From: Nitrospirota bacterium
GTDB taxonomy: Bacteria; Nitrospirota; UBA9217
DNA: 64,000 nucleotides
NCBI GenBank assembly: GCA_963740085.1
Contig: CAVUCU010000001.1
Coordinates: forward strand, 512,001 to 576,000
Reading direction: 5' to 3'
In this document: piece by piece, positions 32,645 through 42,712 of the stretch
How the letters are laid out: the number at the start of each line of letters is the position of its first letter
Position numbering within the stretch: position 1 is the stretch's first letter
Made by a program: the position numbers and the translations under genes
The notes under the pieces: generated by a model
The model's database searches: none
What the model was told of the DNA's origin: nothing
Seen by the model: only the letters and a program-made list of their open reading frames with translations

Positions 32645-32779
32645 AAATCACAAATCCGAAACACAAAATCCTGAACAATATCGAAATTCGAATATCCAAT
32701 CCAAATAGGCCGAACTGTTTTGGAGTTTGGTTGAATTCATGGATATTATTTAGGATTTCGATATTAGAATTTAGAATCT
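32645..32779. repeat. Heptamer-based intergenic palindromic repeat
   Basis: AAATCAC/AAATCCG/AAATTCG units on the left, mirrored by GATTTCG/ATATTAG/AATTTAG units on the right. Confidence 0.6.
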
Positions 32780-32788
32780 GTCGTGTTC

Positions 32789-35278
32789 TTAAACGACGAC
32801 ATTCACCAACTTACCTTGCACCACAATTACCTTCTTTAGAGATTTGCCGGCGATGAACTCCCTGACTTTGGAGTCCGCAAGGGCCGCTGTTTCTATATCC
32901 TTATCGGAGATCCCCGCGGGCAGTGTCAGCTTACTCCTGACCTTGCCGTTAACCTGCACCACAACGATGATCTCCATTGCCACGATCGCATCGGGATCAT
33001 GCTGCGGCCAGGCTGCGTTTGCAAGAGCACCCTTTCCGCCGAGCGAATCCCAGAGTTCCTCGGCAAAATGCGGGGCAAAGGGCGCGAGGAGCAGCGTGAG
33101 GGTGTCGATCGAGGCGCGGACAATAGGCAGCTTGTCATTACCCACGCCGTTTGACGTATAATCGTACATCTCGTTCACCAGTTCCATGAGAGCTGATATC
33201 GCCGTGTTGAAGTGGAACTCCCTCTCGATGTCTTCGGTCACCTTCTTGATCGCGAGATGGGTCTTGCGATACAGTTTGTCCCCACGGGCATCAGGCCCCG
33301 CGGGTTTGACCTGCCTTACCGCTTCGCACTGCTTGTACACGATCGCCCAGACCCGGTGAAGGAACCGGGATGCCCCCTCCACACCCTGATCGCTCCATTC
33401 GAGGTCGCGCTCCGGCGGCGCGGCAAAGAGCGAGAAGAGCCGGGCCGTGTCGGCACCATATCTCGTGAGGATGAAATCCGGGTCCACCACGTTGCCTTTG
33501 GATTTGCTCATCTTGGCGCCGTCCTTGATCACCATGCCCTGGGTCAGCAGGTTCGTGAACGGCTCGTCGCCATCGAAGAGACCGAGGTCGCGGATCACTT
33601 TTGTGAAGAACCGCGCATAAAGCAGATGGAGCACTGCGTGCTCGATGCCACCGATGTACTGGTCCACGCTCATCCAGTACCCGGCGGCCTTTTTGTCAAA
33701 GGGCGCCTTGTCCTCTCTCGGGGAGCAGTAGCGCAGAAAGTACCAGGACGAGTCTACGAACGTGTCCATGGTGTCCGTCTCGCGGCGTGCCGACCCCCCG
33801 CATTTCGGGCACGTGGTTTCACGAAATGACCTCGATTCAACAAGAGGAGAAAGTCCCCTGCCGGTGAATTCAACGTCCATCGGCAGTCTGACGGGGAGCT
33901 GGTCAAGAGGAACAGGGACCGTTCCGCATCCGTCGCAATAGGTGATCGGGATCGGCGTTCCCCAGTAACGTTGCCGCGAGATGCCCCAATCGCGGAGCCG
34001 CCAGTTCACGGTGCGCTTTCCGAGCTTCTTCGATTCCACGTGATCGGCGATCTTCTCTTTCGCCGTGGTGTTCGCGATCCCGTCAAACTGGTCCGAGTTC
34101 GCCATGATCCCGTCCTCGGTGTATGCCTGTTTCATCGTATCGGCAACAAGATTTTTTTCCGGGTTCTGAATTACGACCCGCATGGGCAAACCGTATTTTT
34201 TCGCAAACTCGAAGTCGCGCTGGTCATGGGCAGGCACCGACATGATCGCGCCGGTACCGTACTCCATAAGCACGAAGTTACCCACCCATACTGGCACCTT
34301 CTCGTTGTTCAATGGATTGATCGCCGTGGCGCCGGTAAAAACGCCCTCTTTCTCCTGTTTCTCGTCGGTGCGGCTGGCCTTATCCTCGCTCATAACGCGC
34401 TGGCAAAAAGCGCGGACCTCGTCAGCCTGTTTTCTGCCTTTGATGAGTGATTCGAGCATTGGGTGCTCAGGCGCTATGCTCATAAAGGTGACGCCGAACA
34501 GCGTGTCCTGGCGCGTGGTGAAGATCGCTAATTTCTCTCCAGTGCCCTCGACGGTGAAGTCCACTTCCACGCCAGTGGACTTGCCGATCCAGTTCCGCTG
34601 CATCGTAAGCACGCGCTCGGGCCAGCCGGTCAGCTTATCAAGAGAGGACAAAAGCTCTTCGGCATAGGCCGTGATCTTGAAGAACCACTGCTCCAACTCC
34701 TTGTGCGTCACCACCGAGCTGCAGCGCCAGCAACGTCCGTCCTCCACCTGCTCGTTCGCGAGCACCGTGTTGCACGACGGGCACCAGTTCACATACGAAA
34801 GCTTCTTGTACGCAAATCCTCGCTCGTACATCTTGATGAAAAACCACTGGTTCCAGCGGTAGTAATCTTCGAGGCACGTAGCTATCTCCCGATCCCAGTC
34901 ATAGGAAAGGCCAAGGCGTTTGAGCTGTTTGTCCCGCATGAAGGCGATGTTCTCAAGGGTCCATTTCTGGGGATGGATGCCGTGCTTGATGGCCGCGTTC
35001 TCCGCGGGAAGGCCAAAGGAGTCCCATCCCATGGGATGAAGGACATTGAATCCCCGCATACGTTTATAGCGCGAAATCACATCGCCGATGGAGTAGTTAC
35101 GAACATGGCCCATGTGGATCCTGCCGGAGGGGTATGGAAACATTTCAAGGCAATAGTACTTAGGCTTCGAGTCGTCTTCCGTTACCGTGAAGATTTTGTT
35201 CTCCTGCCAGAAGCGCTGCCATCGCTCTTCGACTTCTTTAAAATCGTACCGTTCTTCCAACAGGTCCTCCTGCGACAT
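32789..35278 (-). CDS. leuS: Leucine--tRNA ligase
   Basis: MFPYPSG-HMGH, KMSKS and editing-domain [15 protein letters not shown] motifs. Confidence 0.97.
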   Translation of the reverse strand: MSQEDLLEERYDFKEVEERWQRFWQENKIFTVTEDDSKPKYYCLEMFPYPSGRIHMGHVRNYSIGDVISRYKRMRGFNVLHPMGWDSFGLPAENAAIKHGIHPQKWTLENIAFMRDKQLKRLGLSYDWDREIATCLEDYYRWNQWFFIKMYERGFAYKKLSYVNWCPSCNTVLANEQVEDGRCWRCSSVVTHKELEQWFFKITAYAEELLSSLDKLTGWPERVLTMQRNWIGKSTGVEVDFTVEGTGEKLAIFTTRQDTLFGVTFMSIAPEHPMLESLIKGRKQADEVRAFCQRVMSEDKASRTDEKQEKEGVFTGATAINPLNNEKVPVWVGNFVLMEYGTGAIMSVPAHDQRDFEFAKKYGLPMRVVIQNPEKNLVADTMKQAYTEDGIMANSDQFDGIANTTAKEKIADHVESKKLGKRTVNWRLRDWGISRQRYWGTPIPITYCDGCGTVPVPLDQLPVRLPMDVEFTGRGLSPLVESRSFRETTCPKCGGSARRETDTMDTFVDSSWYFLRYCSPREDKAPFDKKAAGYWMSVDQYIGGIEHAVLHLLYARFFTKVIRDLGLFDGDEPFTNLLTQGMVIKDGAKMSKSKGNVVDPDFILTRYGADTARLFSLFAAPPERDLEWSDQGVEGASRFLHRVWAIVYKQCEAVRQVKPAGPDARGDKLYRKTHLAIKKVTEDIEREFHFNTAISALMELVNEMYDYTSNGVGNDKLPIVRASIDTLTLLLAPFAPHFAEELWDSLGGKGALANAAWPQHDPDAIVAMEIIVVVQVNGKVRSKLTLPAGISDKDIETAALADSKVREFIAGKSLKKVIVVQGKLVNVVV

Positions 35279-35323
35279 TCCGGGATAGTGCTCGAACAGG
35301 GGAAAGACACACTTTTTTCTCTC

Positions 35324-36007
35324 TCAATTATTATTAATGCTCTGCGGAGCCCTGACAAAGTTCTCAATGATAATCAGAGTCTTTGTATCGCAGTTCATGA
35401 ATCTGACTCCATACCGGTTTCTTTTCGATGCGGTTGTTTCTACCCGCTCGACCGAGCATGTCAGAGTGATTTCACTATGGGCGATATTAAATGCGCACGT
35501 CAACCGGTCCCCCGGTTTCAGCACGCGTTCAGTTTCCAGCAGCATTCCTGAGATGCTGATGTTATGAGACTGCGCGAAAAATGGGCTGTCCCCCTCCATG
35601 CCTTTTATGGAAGCGCGCAGCAAAACCCGCATATCCTTGCGCGTAGGGATAACAAGAAGTTTGGATGCTTGCCACAAAAGCGTGCCGCTGTCCAGCGGCT
35701 TCCGGATGATGACATTGGCGCCCGATTCCGGGCATTGAGACAGGGGGAGTTCGATTTCGTCACAGATGACAATGATGGAGACATACTTCAGCTCTGCGTC
35801 GCTTCGTATTCTGGAGCAAAGCTTGGCTCCGCCCATCAGCGGCAAAGCGTCGTCAGTGATAATGAGGTCCGCTCTTTCGGCACCGTGAAGATTGAGTATT
35901 TCCTCGGAAGACCGCGCGGGGAAGAACGTTATGCCGCTCCTTTTGAAGATCGTGTTGCCTTCCTCGAGGTCATTCAAGAGGTCCTGATCGATGATGATCT
36001 TTTTCAT
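35324..36007 (-). CDS. Receiver (CheY-like) plus PilZ domain protein
   Basis: DLIITD...KP receiver domain; RKDMR and NISISG PilZ motifs. Confidence 0.85.
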   Translation of the reverse strand: MKKIIIDQDLLNDLEEGNTIFKRSGITFFPARSSEEILNLHGAERADLIITDDALPLMGGAKLCSRIRSDAELKYVSIIVICDEIELPLSQCPESGANVIIRKPLDSGTLLWQASKLLVIPTRKDMRVLLRASIKGMEGDSPFFAQSHNISISGMLLETERVLKPGDRLTCAFNIAHSEITLTCSVERVETTASKRNRYGVRFMNCDTKTLIIIENFVRAPQSINNN

Positions 36008-36115
36008 ATTATGAAAAGCCTGAGTGACGAGAGTGCGGAGCTGCCAGGTATCATGCCTATTCCATCGGCAGTTGCGGAGAACAGAGGGAGCATATCAAGT
36101 TCATCCAATTCCGCG

Positions 36116-36652
36116 CTATTCCCGTAACCACCCCGGGTACGCGTCGGCCTTTCGTGCCTGTTCGGGCAGCTCAACCTCAAGTTCATGTTTTTTCCGGGCA
36201 AGGTCATTCTCAAGCGAAGATTTCCTCTTATCAAGGCTGTTTTGAGATTTCTTTTTTTTACCGCTGCTTATGGAGGCCAACTTCTTCGGTTTGTTTTCAT
36301 TCTCCTTTTCCTGTTTCAGAACCTGGTCGTACTTATACTGTAAAGCGGCAAGCTCTTTTCTGAGTTTCTCCGCCCGTTTATGCCAGTATACCTGTCCCTT
36401 TCCATCCTTGTCTTTGTGGTCTTTCAAAGAAGTTGATGTTCTCCCGTTCGCGACCGCCTTCTCTCCCACGCTGACCCGGTTTTCGTCCGGATGCACTGCC
36501 GTTGCGGTACCCTGATATTCCTTCGGCACGTGCTCCTGCTCATTCGTAAAGAATTCCTTCCCGTCCTTATCAACCCAACGATAAAATTCTGCCCGCGCAA
36601 GGGAAGTGGACAAAAGAAGCAGACAGCCTGTCAGAACAATACCTCGTCGCAT
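36116..36652 (-). CDS. Exported DUF4124-domain coiled-coil protein
   Basis: Signal peptide; FYRWVDKDGKEFFTN and C-terminal ARKADAYPGWLR. Confidence 0.8.
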   Translation of the reverse strand: MRRGIVLTGCLLLLSTSLARAEFYRWVDKDGKEFFTNEQEHVPKEYQGTATAVHPDENRVSVGEKAVANGRTSTSLKDHKDKDGKGQVYWHKRAEKLRKELAALQYKYDQVLKQEKENENKPKKLASISSGKKKKSQNSLDKRKSSLENDLARKKHELEVELPEQARKADAYPGWLRE

Positions 36653-36883
36653 GGAGGCCTCCTCATGAGTGATTTAGAAAAATAACATAAATAACAAGGC
36701 TTCGCAAGGTTTTTTCTTGTGCTGCTGAGAATAAAAGTGCTATAGTGCGTGACGACAAATCCAAAAGTTGAGATCCTCAGCTCGACAGAATGCCGTTATG
36801 GTCAAAAAATGTATGGCGCTTGGATAAGAGAACATTGAGTCTGCTTAGAGTTTCAATACGATTTTTTTACTTAAATTAAAACC

Positions 36884-38245
36884 ATGCCTAAGCCAATTGT
36901 CGCCATAGTCGGCCGTCCGAACGTCGGCAAATCCACCCTCTTTAATAGGATCGTTGGCAGGAACTTCGCTGTCGTCGATGATAAACCTGGGGTAACGCGG
37001 GACAGGAACTATGCCGAAGCAGAGTGGATGAAAAAACGCTTCCTCCTCGTGGATACCGGCGGGTTCGAGCCTAAGACCGAAGATGTCATGTATACGAAGA
37101 TGCGCGAGCAGACCACACTCGCCGTGGAGGAGGCCGACTTCATCATCTTCTTGATGGACGGCAAAGAGGGTCTGCTCCCGGCCGACATAGAGGTATCGCA
37201 TCGGCTCCGGGCCTCGGGTAAACCCGTTCTCTACGCCTTGAATAAAGTGGATGGTGAGCGGCACGAAGGATTCATCCCGGACTTTTACCGCCTCGGCATC
37301 GATACCCTCTACCCCATATCGGCTCAGCACGGTCAGGGGTTTTCCGACCTCTTGGACGCGCTCAGCAACCTCCTGCCGGAAACGGCTCAGGAGTCGGATG
37401 AAAAACAGGTCATGGAAATTCCCAGGGTAGCTATCATCGGACGGCCAAATGTGGGCAAATCGTCTTTTGTGAATGCGCTCATGGGCGAAGACCGGATGAT
37501 CGTGAGCCCCGTCGCAGGTACGACCAGGGATGCGGTGGACAGCGTCTATACGTATTACGGGAAGCAGTATGTCCTCGTGGATACGGCGGGCATACGGAGC
37601 CGCGGAAAGATCAGCCACGGAGTGGAAAAGTACAGCGTAATGCGCGCCATGAAGGGCATTGAACGGGCGGACGTGGCGCTCGTGCTGATCGACGCCTCCG
37701 AAGGCATCACCGAGCAGGATGAACGTATTGTGGGACTTGCACACGAGGCCGGCAAGGGGATCATCCTCGTCCTGAACAAGTGGGACCTGGTGACCGACAA
37801 GGAAGAGGGTTACAAACGATTCATCGCGGATGTCCGGCAGCGGCTCAAGTTCGCTGATTACGCATCGGTTATCACCATCTCGGCCGCCACCCGACAGCGC
37901 ATCACCAAGGTCTTTGAAGAGATCGACAAGGTGATGGAGGAGACCCGTCGACGCGTGTCGACCGCCGAGCTGAACAGGGTCTTTTCTCAGCTTGTTGCAC
38001 GGCATGAACCGCCGCTCTACCGGGCAAAACGCGTTAAATATTACTACGCTACACAGGTGGGAATCAAACCACCAACATTCGTCGTGTTCGTCAATTATCC
38101 GGCGGGCGTCCATTTCTCATACCTGCGCTATATTGAGAACAACCTGCGCCAGGCTTTCGGGTTCCACGGTACACCCGTGAGGATATTCGCAAAAAGTCGA
38201 AGAGAGGAGCAACCACGGGGCAGGAGCAAAAACTTGAAAAAATAA
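36884..38245 (+). CDS. der: Ribosome biogenesis GTPase Der
   Basis: Two GRPNVGKS G domains plus KH-like C-terminus. Confidence 0.97.
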   Translation: MPKPIVAIVGRPNVGKSTLFNRIVGRNFAVVDDKPGVTRDRNYAEAEWMKKRFLLVDTGGFEPKTEDVMYTKMREQTTLAVEEADFIIFLMDGKEGLLPADIEVSHRLRASGKPVLYALNKVDGERHEGFIPDFYRLGIDTLYPISAQHGQGFSDLLDALSNLLPETAQESDEKQVMEIPRVAIIGRPNVGKSSFVNALMGEDRMIVSPVAGTTRDAVDSVYTYYGKQYVLVDTAGIRSRGKISHGVEKYSVMRAMKGIERADVALVLIDASEGITEQDERIVGLAHEAGKGIILVLNKWDLVTDKEEGYKRFIADVRQRLKFADYASVITISAATRQRITKVFEEIDKVMEETRRRVSTAELNRVFSQLVARHEPPLYRAKRVKYYYATQVGIKPPTFVVFVNYPAGVHFSYLRYIENNLRQAFGFHGTPVRIFAKSRREEQPRGRSKNLKK

Positions 38246-38246
38246 G

Positions 38247-38276
38247 TTGACTTTCCCGGTCAATACAGAGTATTAT
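38247..38276 (+). promoter_or_regulatory. Putative promoter upstream of the cold-shock gene
   Basis: TTGACT-18nt-TATTAT. Confidence 0.5.
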
Positions 38277-38321
38277 CATGCAATAAAGAAATTAGAGAGA
38301 TGTGAGTTTTTGTTAATTGTC

Positions 38322-38361
38322 GGCTGCAAAAACTTCCTATTAAGTTTGCAGTCTTTTTTTT
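38322..38361 (+). terminator. Terminator-like hairpin between der and the cold-shock gene
   Basis: GGCTGCAAA..CTT / AAGTTTGCAGTC followed by a T run. Confidence 0.65.
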
Positions 38362-38401
38362 GTTCAAAAGAGTCAGCCATTGATCACACAAGGAGGATTA
38401 G

Positions 38402-38602
38402 ATGTCAAACGGTCTGGTAAAATGGTTTAACGATGCAAAGGGTTTCGGCTTCATCACCACCGACGAGGGGAACGATGTTTTCGTCCACTTCTCGGCAATA
38501 CAAGGGGACGGTTTCAGGTCCTTGTCAGAAGGTGATGCGGTCAGTTTCGACGTTGAAAAAGGCACCAAAGGACTCCAGGCAGTCAATGTCGTAAAACAAT
38601 AA
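38402..38602 (+). CDS. Cold-shock protein (CspA family)
   Basis: [12 protein letters not shown] and DVFVHFSAI motifs. Confidence 0.97.
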   Translation: MSNGLVKWFNDAKGFGFITTDEGNDVFVHFSAIQGDGFRSLSEGDAVSFDVEKGTKGLQAVNVVKQ

Positions 38603-38688
38603 TGACCCTCGCAGACCCTCGCTAGGGATCAGTTTCTATCTGTTATTGCTGCAATTTTTAAGATTCACCCAAAATACTGGAGGGTAAC

Positions 38689-39042
38689 ATGGCGAAGAAG
38701 CTTTATGTAGGCAATCTGTCGTACAATATTTCTGAAGAAGAGCTCAAGAATGTCTTTACTCCCATCGGAGAGGTGCAGTCTTGCAAGATCATTACCGATG
38801 CCGGGACCGGCAGGTCAAAGGGATTCGGCTTCGTTGAAATGACCAATGATGAGGATGCGGACAAGGCCATTGCCACCCTGAACGGAACAACCGTCATGGA
38901 TCGGGCACTGAATGTGAGCGAGGCACGTCCGCAGACTGAACGTGCTGGAGGACGTGGAGGAAGACCCGGTGGCGGCGGCAGACCGGGCGGAAGGGGCGGC
39001 TTCGACCGTGGTGGCTCCGGCGGGCGGCGGAAGGAATATTAA
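38689..39042 (+). CDS. RRM RNA-binding protein with Gly/Arg-rich tail
   Basis: LYVGNL (RNP2) and KGFGFVEM (RNP1). Confidence 0.95.
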   Translation: MAKKLYVGNLSYNISEEELKNVFTPIGEVQSCKIITDAGTGRSKGFGFVEMTNDEDADKAIATLNGTTVMDRALNVSEARPQTERAGGRGGRPGGGGRPGGRGGFDRGGSGGRRKEY

Positions 39043-39045
39043 ATC

Positions 39046-39246
39046 TTGGAAATACGAGTTGATGATAAAAATATAGAGAAAGCAATCAGGCTTCTCAAAC
39101 GGAAGATGCAGAACGACGGCCTTTTCAGAGAACTGAAAAATAGACGTTTCTATGAGAAGCCGTCTTTAAAAAAGAAACGGAAGCGGATCGAAGCACAGAA
39201 GAGAAAGCAGAAGAGCCTGAGGAACAGCAGACAGAACAGGGCGTAG
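39046..39246 (+). CDS. rpsU: 30S ribosomal protein S21
   Basis: IEKAIRLLKRK...RRFYEKPS; TTG start. Confidence 0.92.
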   Translation: MEIRVDDKNIEKAIRLLKRKMQNDGLFRELKNRRFYEKPSLKKKRKRIEAQKRKQKSLRNSRQNRA

Positions 39247-39278
39247 AGATTCGATGTCGTAGTTTCGCATATTTAATT

Positions 39279-39331
39279 ACCGGAGATTGGAAACGTGCCA
39301 GTGAGCTATGGGACGCTGAATCTCCGGTTTT
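39279..39331 (+). terminator. Terminator after rpsU
   Basis: ACCGGAGATT ... AATCTCCGGT followed by T-rich sequence. Confidence 0.55.
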
Positions 39332-39519
39332 CTGTTTTCTTCCCGGCTCCGCGAAAATGTGCCCCCGTACTAACGTGAGGCGGGCAACCGGGCATGTGGT
39401 AATCCCGCAAAAGAGTGGATTCATTTTTTCACGGGAATGACAAATAAATCCCCGAACTTGCGACGACACCGTCGTACCTATCTCTCCCTTTAATCATTTT
39501 CCATCCCTGATCTGGATAC

Positions 39520-39581
39520 AAAAAGGACGCCGTGAAAGTGCGCATCTCATGAATCCGCGAGAGCGGACTTTCAGGCGTCCT
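39520..39581 (-). terminator. Terminator after the Ig-like protein gene
   Basis: AGGACGCC(G)TGAAAGT ... ACTTTCAGGCGTCCT with an adjacent A run on the plus strand. Confidence 0.6.
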
Positions 39582-39612
39582 GAGGTTGAAAACAGTCGTG
39601 TATTGTTCCCTG

Positions 39613-42000
39613 TTATGGCGCCAGCGTGATCGTGCCTGGATACGTAAGGATCGTCTCAGCCGGAATATTGCAAGGTGACGATCCTGTCCAGGTAATCGTC
39701 GCGGTCAGATTAGCCGGAATAGGAACAGTCCCGGTATTATTACTCGTCAATTCCAACTGGAAAACAGCCGGTCCCCCCATCCCAATTGAATCGCCCAACC
39801 TTCCTGAGCCTAATACCTTTACAGTGCCATTCGTTGTTTCTGCAGTAATCGTTGTACTGGCTGCTGTCGGATTCATGTTTATATCGCTGACATAAACATT
39901 AAATGTCTCAGTCCCGTTGCTCGGGATGATAATTGGCGGCGTACCGCCAGCGCTGTCTTCAATTCTCGAAGTGTATGCACCCGCATGTGGCGGTCCGGTC
40001 AAGACAATATACATGGTCGTAAAGATCGGCAGCTTTGCGTCCCATACACTGTTGTCTGCATCATATATTCCATTCGGATTGGCGCCATTTCCCGCATGAG
40101 GAGCTACGTAGGACGGCCAGTCAAAGAAAAGATCCGCCGGAGTATAGGAAAATGTCCTGTCGTTATCAACGAACGGTTCGCCTTCATCTGTATAAGGCTC
40201 TCCTGTATCATACTGCCCATTCGCGTTCGTATCGAAAAACGATTCTTCGCCAGTGGTAATCGCGGTAATCGCCACCCAACCGTCACGCGGGTTGTGAGTA
40301 ATTCCAGAACCATCCGTCCACGATGGCTCTCCCAGCAACGGGGCAACATCCGTCGGCCATGGAGCCTGGGACCTCCAGAGAACCCCTGTTTCTCCCGTAG
40401 CACCTGTTATATTCATGGTGTCTATTGCCCCTGCCGAGGAGAAGAACGAGACTGCAGTGCCTTCCAGGATATTAAAGTTGAAGAACCTGTCCGCCATTGC
40501 AACCGAAATAGCGTCTGTGGTGCCCAGGCACCCAACGGCCGGAACATTGAGTGTCGCCGCGGCGATATCGAAATGTGCTGCCGACGGCAGGCCGCCGCCG
40601 ATCGAAATTGGGCCTGACGAAGCGGTAACAAGGACCGACCCCACCAACGTTGACGCGACAATCCGCGCGGGACCGGCAACCGGACCCGCGTGAAGAGTCG
40701 TTGCAGCTTCTCCAGTAGCACCGCTGCTTTGTTGATCCGTAGTGCCGCCTCCTGATCCGAGTGTGGCGCCTGTCGGGCCAAAGAGCTGGAAACTGACCGG
40801 AACATTCGGTTTATAAACGCCGTTCGAATCAACGACCTTGAATGTTACCACGGAAGTTCCCGAAGCGACCGGGATTATTTGCGGGACCGCGGACACGTAC
40901 GATATACTGCTCGTCGTCGCCGCGTTCACCGTGATTGACGCGGTCCCGGCGGTGGTCCCGGCGGTGGCCTGAAGAACGATCGTACCGGTAACCGTGGGGC
41001 TTGCGGTGAAGGTCATCTGAGCCTGGCCGTTCACCGTTGTTGCAGTGGCCGGGTAGGTGCCGGCCGTGCAGTTACCTGCCAGACAGGTAAAGGTTACCAC
41101 CGTGCCATCGGGCACTGCATTGTTCAGTACGTTTCTGACATCGGCCGTTATATTTGATGTGGCTGAATTTGAGACCGTGGTCGGAACTGCCGTAACGCTG
41201 ATGGAGCTCGGCTCGCTCGAAATGCTCACGGACGAGGTCTTGGTGATATTGGGAGTTACGCTTGTTATGGTGGCCTGTATAGTCGCCGTTCCCGAAGTGC
41301 CTCCTGCATAGAAGGTAGTCGTCGCCTTGCCTGTCGCATCGGTGGTAAGATCGATCGTCGTGACTGACGAAGACGCGCTGAAGCTACCAAGCGGATTTGT
41401 CGTGGGGGATGTCGTCACCGTTACGATCGTGTTGTACGCAGCATTGCCGCCGCTATCCAGCACTGTAACCGTTATCGTGGACTGACCGAGAATGTTGACT
41501 GAAAGTGGGGAAACGGAAAGAACAAGTCCTGACGGCACAGGTGGCAGTGGTGTGCCGATCGTCAAGCTGGCTCCTGAATTGATCGTCGCCCCGGTCGCCG
41601 TCGTGCCTGTCGCAGTAATGGTAACCACAAGATTAACGGCATTCGCATTAAATCGCACCGTCGCAACGCCGGCAGCATTAGTGACTGCCGAACCCGCCGT
41701 AACCGAGCCGGCCGTGCTGTTACTGACGGCAAACGATACGGTGACGCCGGAAATAACGCCACTTTGTGAATCCGTTACGATAGCATTGACGTTGACCGAT
41801 CCGGAAGAAGGTATGGAAGTCAACAGAGCGGAAGTCGTGACATCGGTTAAAGTGACCGTTATTTTAGCTGGCGTACCTGCCCCTCCCACAATTGGCGTGC
41901 CAGCGCTGCTACTGTCGATATTTGAGGGTTTTGTACAGCCGTTTGCCAGCACGAGCAGGACAAGCAGCACGGCAATTATGATTCCGTTGAACTGCCTCAT
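39613..42000 (-). CDS. Large Thr/Ser-rich lipoprotein with tandem bacterial Ig-like (Big_1/invasin-type) domains
   Basis: LANGC lipobox; repeated VTDxxG..V.F..T.xxG.A units; acidic DTNANGQYDTGEPYTD motif; GGAGG SD before ATG 42000. Confidence 0.8.
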   Translation of the reverse strand: MRQFNGIIIAVLLVLLVLANGCTKPSNIDSSSAGTPIVGGAGTPAKITVTLTDVTTSALLTSIPSSGSVNVNAIVTDSQSGVISGVTVSFAVSNSTAGSVTAGSAVTNAAGVATVRFNANAVNLVVTITATGTTATGATINSGASLTIGTPLPPVPSGLVLSVSPLSVNILGQSTITVTVLDSGGNAAYNTIVTVTTSPTTNPLGSFSASSSVTTIDLTTDATGKATTTFYAGGTSGTATIQATITSVTPNITKTSSVSISSEPSSISVTAVPTTVSNSATSNITADVRNVLNNAVPDGTVVTFTCLAGNCTAGTYPATATTVNGQAQMTFTASPTVTGTIVLQATAGTTAGTASITVNAATTSSISYVSAVPQIIPVASGTSVVTFKVVDSNGVYKPNVPVSFQLFGPTGATLGSGGGTTDQQSSGATGEAATTLHAGPVAGPARIVASTLVGSVLVTASSGPISIGGGLPSAAHFDIAAATLNVPAVGCLGTTDAISVAMADRFFNFNILEGTAVSFFSSAGAIDTMNITGATGETGVLWRSQAPWPTDVAPLLGEPSWTDGSGITHNPRDGWVAITAITTGEESFFDTNANGQYDTGEPYTDEGEPFVDNDRTFSYTPADLFFDWPSYVAPHAGNGANPNGIYDADNSVWDAKLPIFTTMYIVLTGPPHAGAYTSRIEDSAGGTPPIIIPSNGTETFNVYVSDINMNPTAASTTITAETTNGTVKVLGSGRLGDSIGMGGPAVFQLELTSNNTGTVPIPANLTATITWTGSSPCNIPAETILTYPGTITLAP

Positions 42001-42036
42001 ATAAAAACCTCCAAAGCGTATTTGTTTATTCACTGC

Positions 42037-42513
42037 CTACTGTGCAGCTCCAGTAGTCGCTACGGCATTTACTGCACCTGAAGCCACTTCTACAAAATGC
42101 GTATCTCCCGTCGGTGTCGGTCCCGACAAAAGCTCAAGCGATACCACCCCGTAATCATCCGTTCTCGTAATGATCGAAGTTTGAGGATTGGCACTTGCAT
42201 TGCTGCAATTCGGAAGACCTGAATGGAGCGCAATATTTGCATCACTGTATATTTCGACACAAATGCCGTTTAATGGGTTGCCATCTTTATCTTTAACAAT
42301 GAAGCTCAACGCAGGAAAACAGCTGCTACTGGTAACAGAAGGGGAACCAAGACCCGATGGAGCTGTAATCGTGGACCCATCCGGCGCCACGTTGTCCGGG
42401 CATCCGCCACTGGATTTAGATTTCCCGCAGCCCTTCACGAGGGTCAGGGACGATGCTAAAAGGAGAAACAGCATAACAGAAATAAGCTTTGTGGTTCGTT
42501 TGTTTAGCCTCAT
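42037..42513 (-). CDS. Putative lipoprotein, single Ig-like domain
   Basis: VKGC lipobox; VKDKDGNPLNG and RTDDYGV motifs. Confidence 0.7.
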   Translation of the reverse strand: MRLNKRTTKLISVMLFLLLASSLTLVKGCGKSKSSGGCPDNVAPDGSTITAPSGLGSPSVTSSSCFPALSFIVKDKDGNPLNGICVEIYSDANIALHSGLPNCSNASANPQTSIITRTDDYGVVSLELLSGPTPTGDTHFVEVASGAVNAVATTGAAQ

Positions 42514-42618
42514 TGTGCGAACCTCTTTTTTAAAAAATTTTGTACCTTAAATGCCAATGCACTGGTTGCGTGCAATCTTCCGCTTTATTTAGTTTTATCT
42601 CCATCGCTCTCTGAGTTT

Positions 42619-42689
42619 GTCACACTGAGCGCGGCGAAGAATCTGGTATTCCCAGACAGATGAAGGATCCTCGCCTCGCTCGGGATGAC
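42619..42689. repeat. REP-like palindrome (GTCA..CTGAGCG..GCGAAGAATCT type)
   Basis: GTCACACTGAGCGCGGCGAAGAATCT ... GGATCCTCGCCTCGCTCGGGATGAC. Confidence 0.7.
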
Positions 42690-42712
42690 GGGACAATATT
42701 TTCAACAGTATG

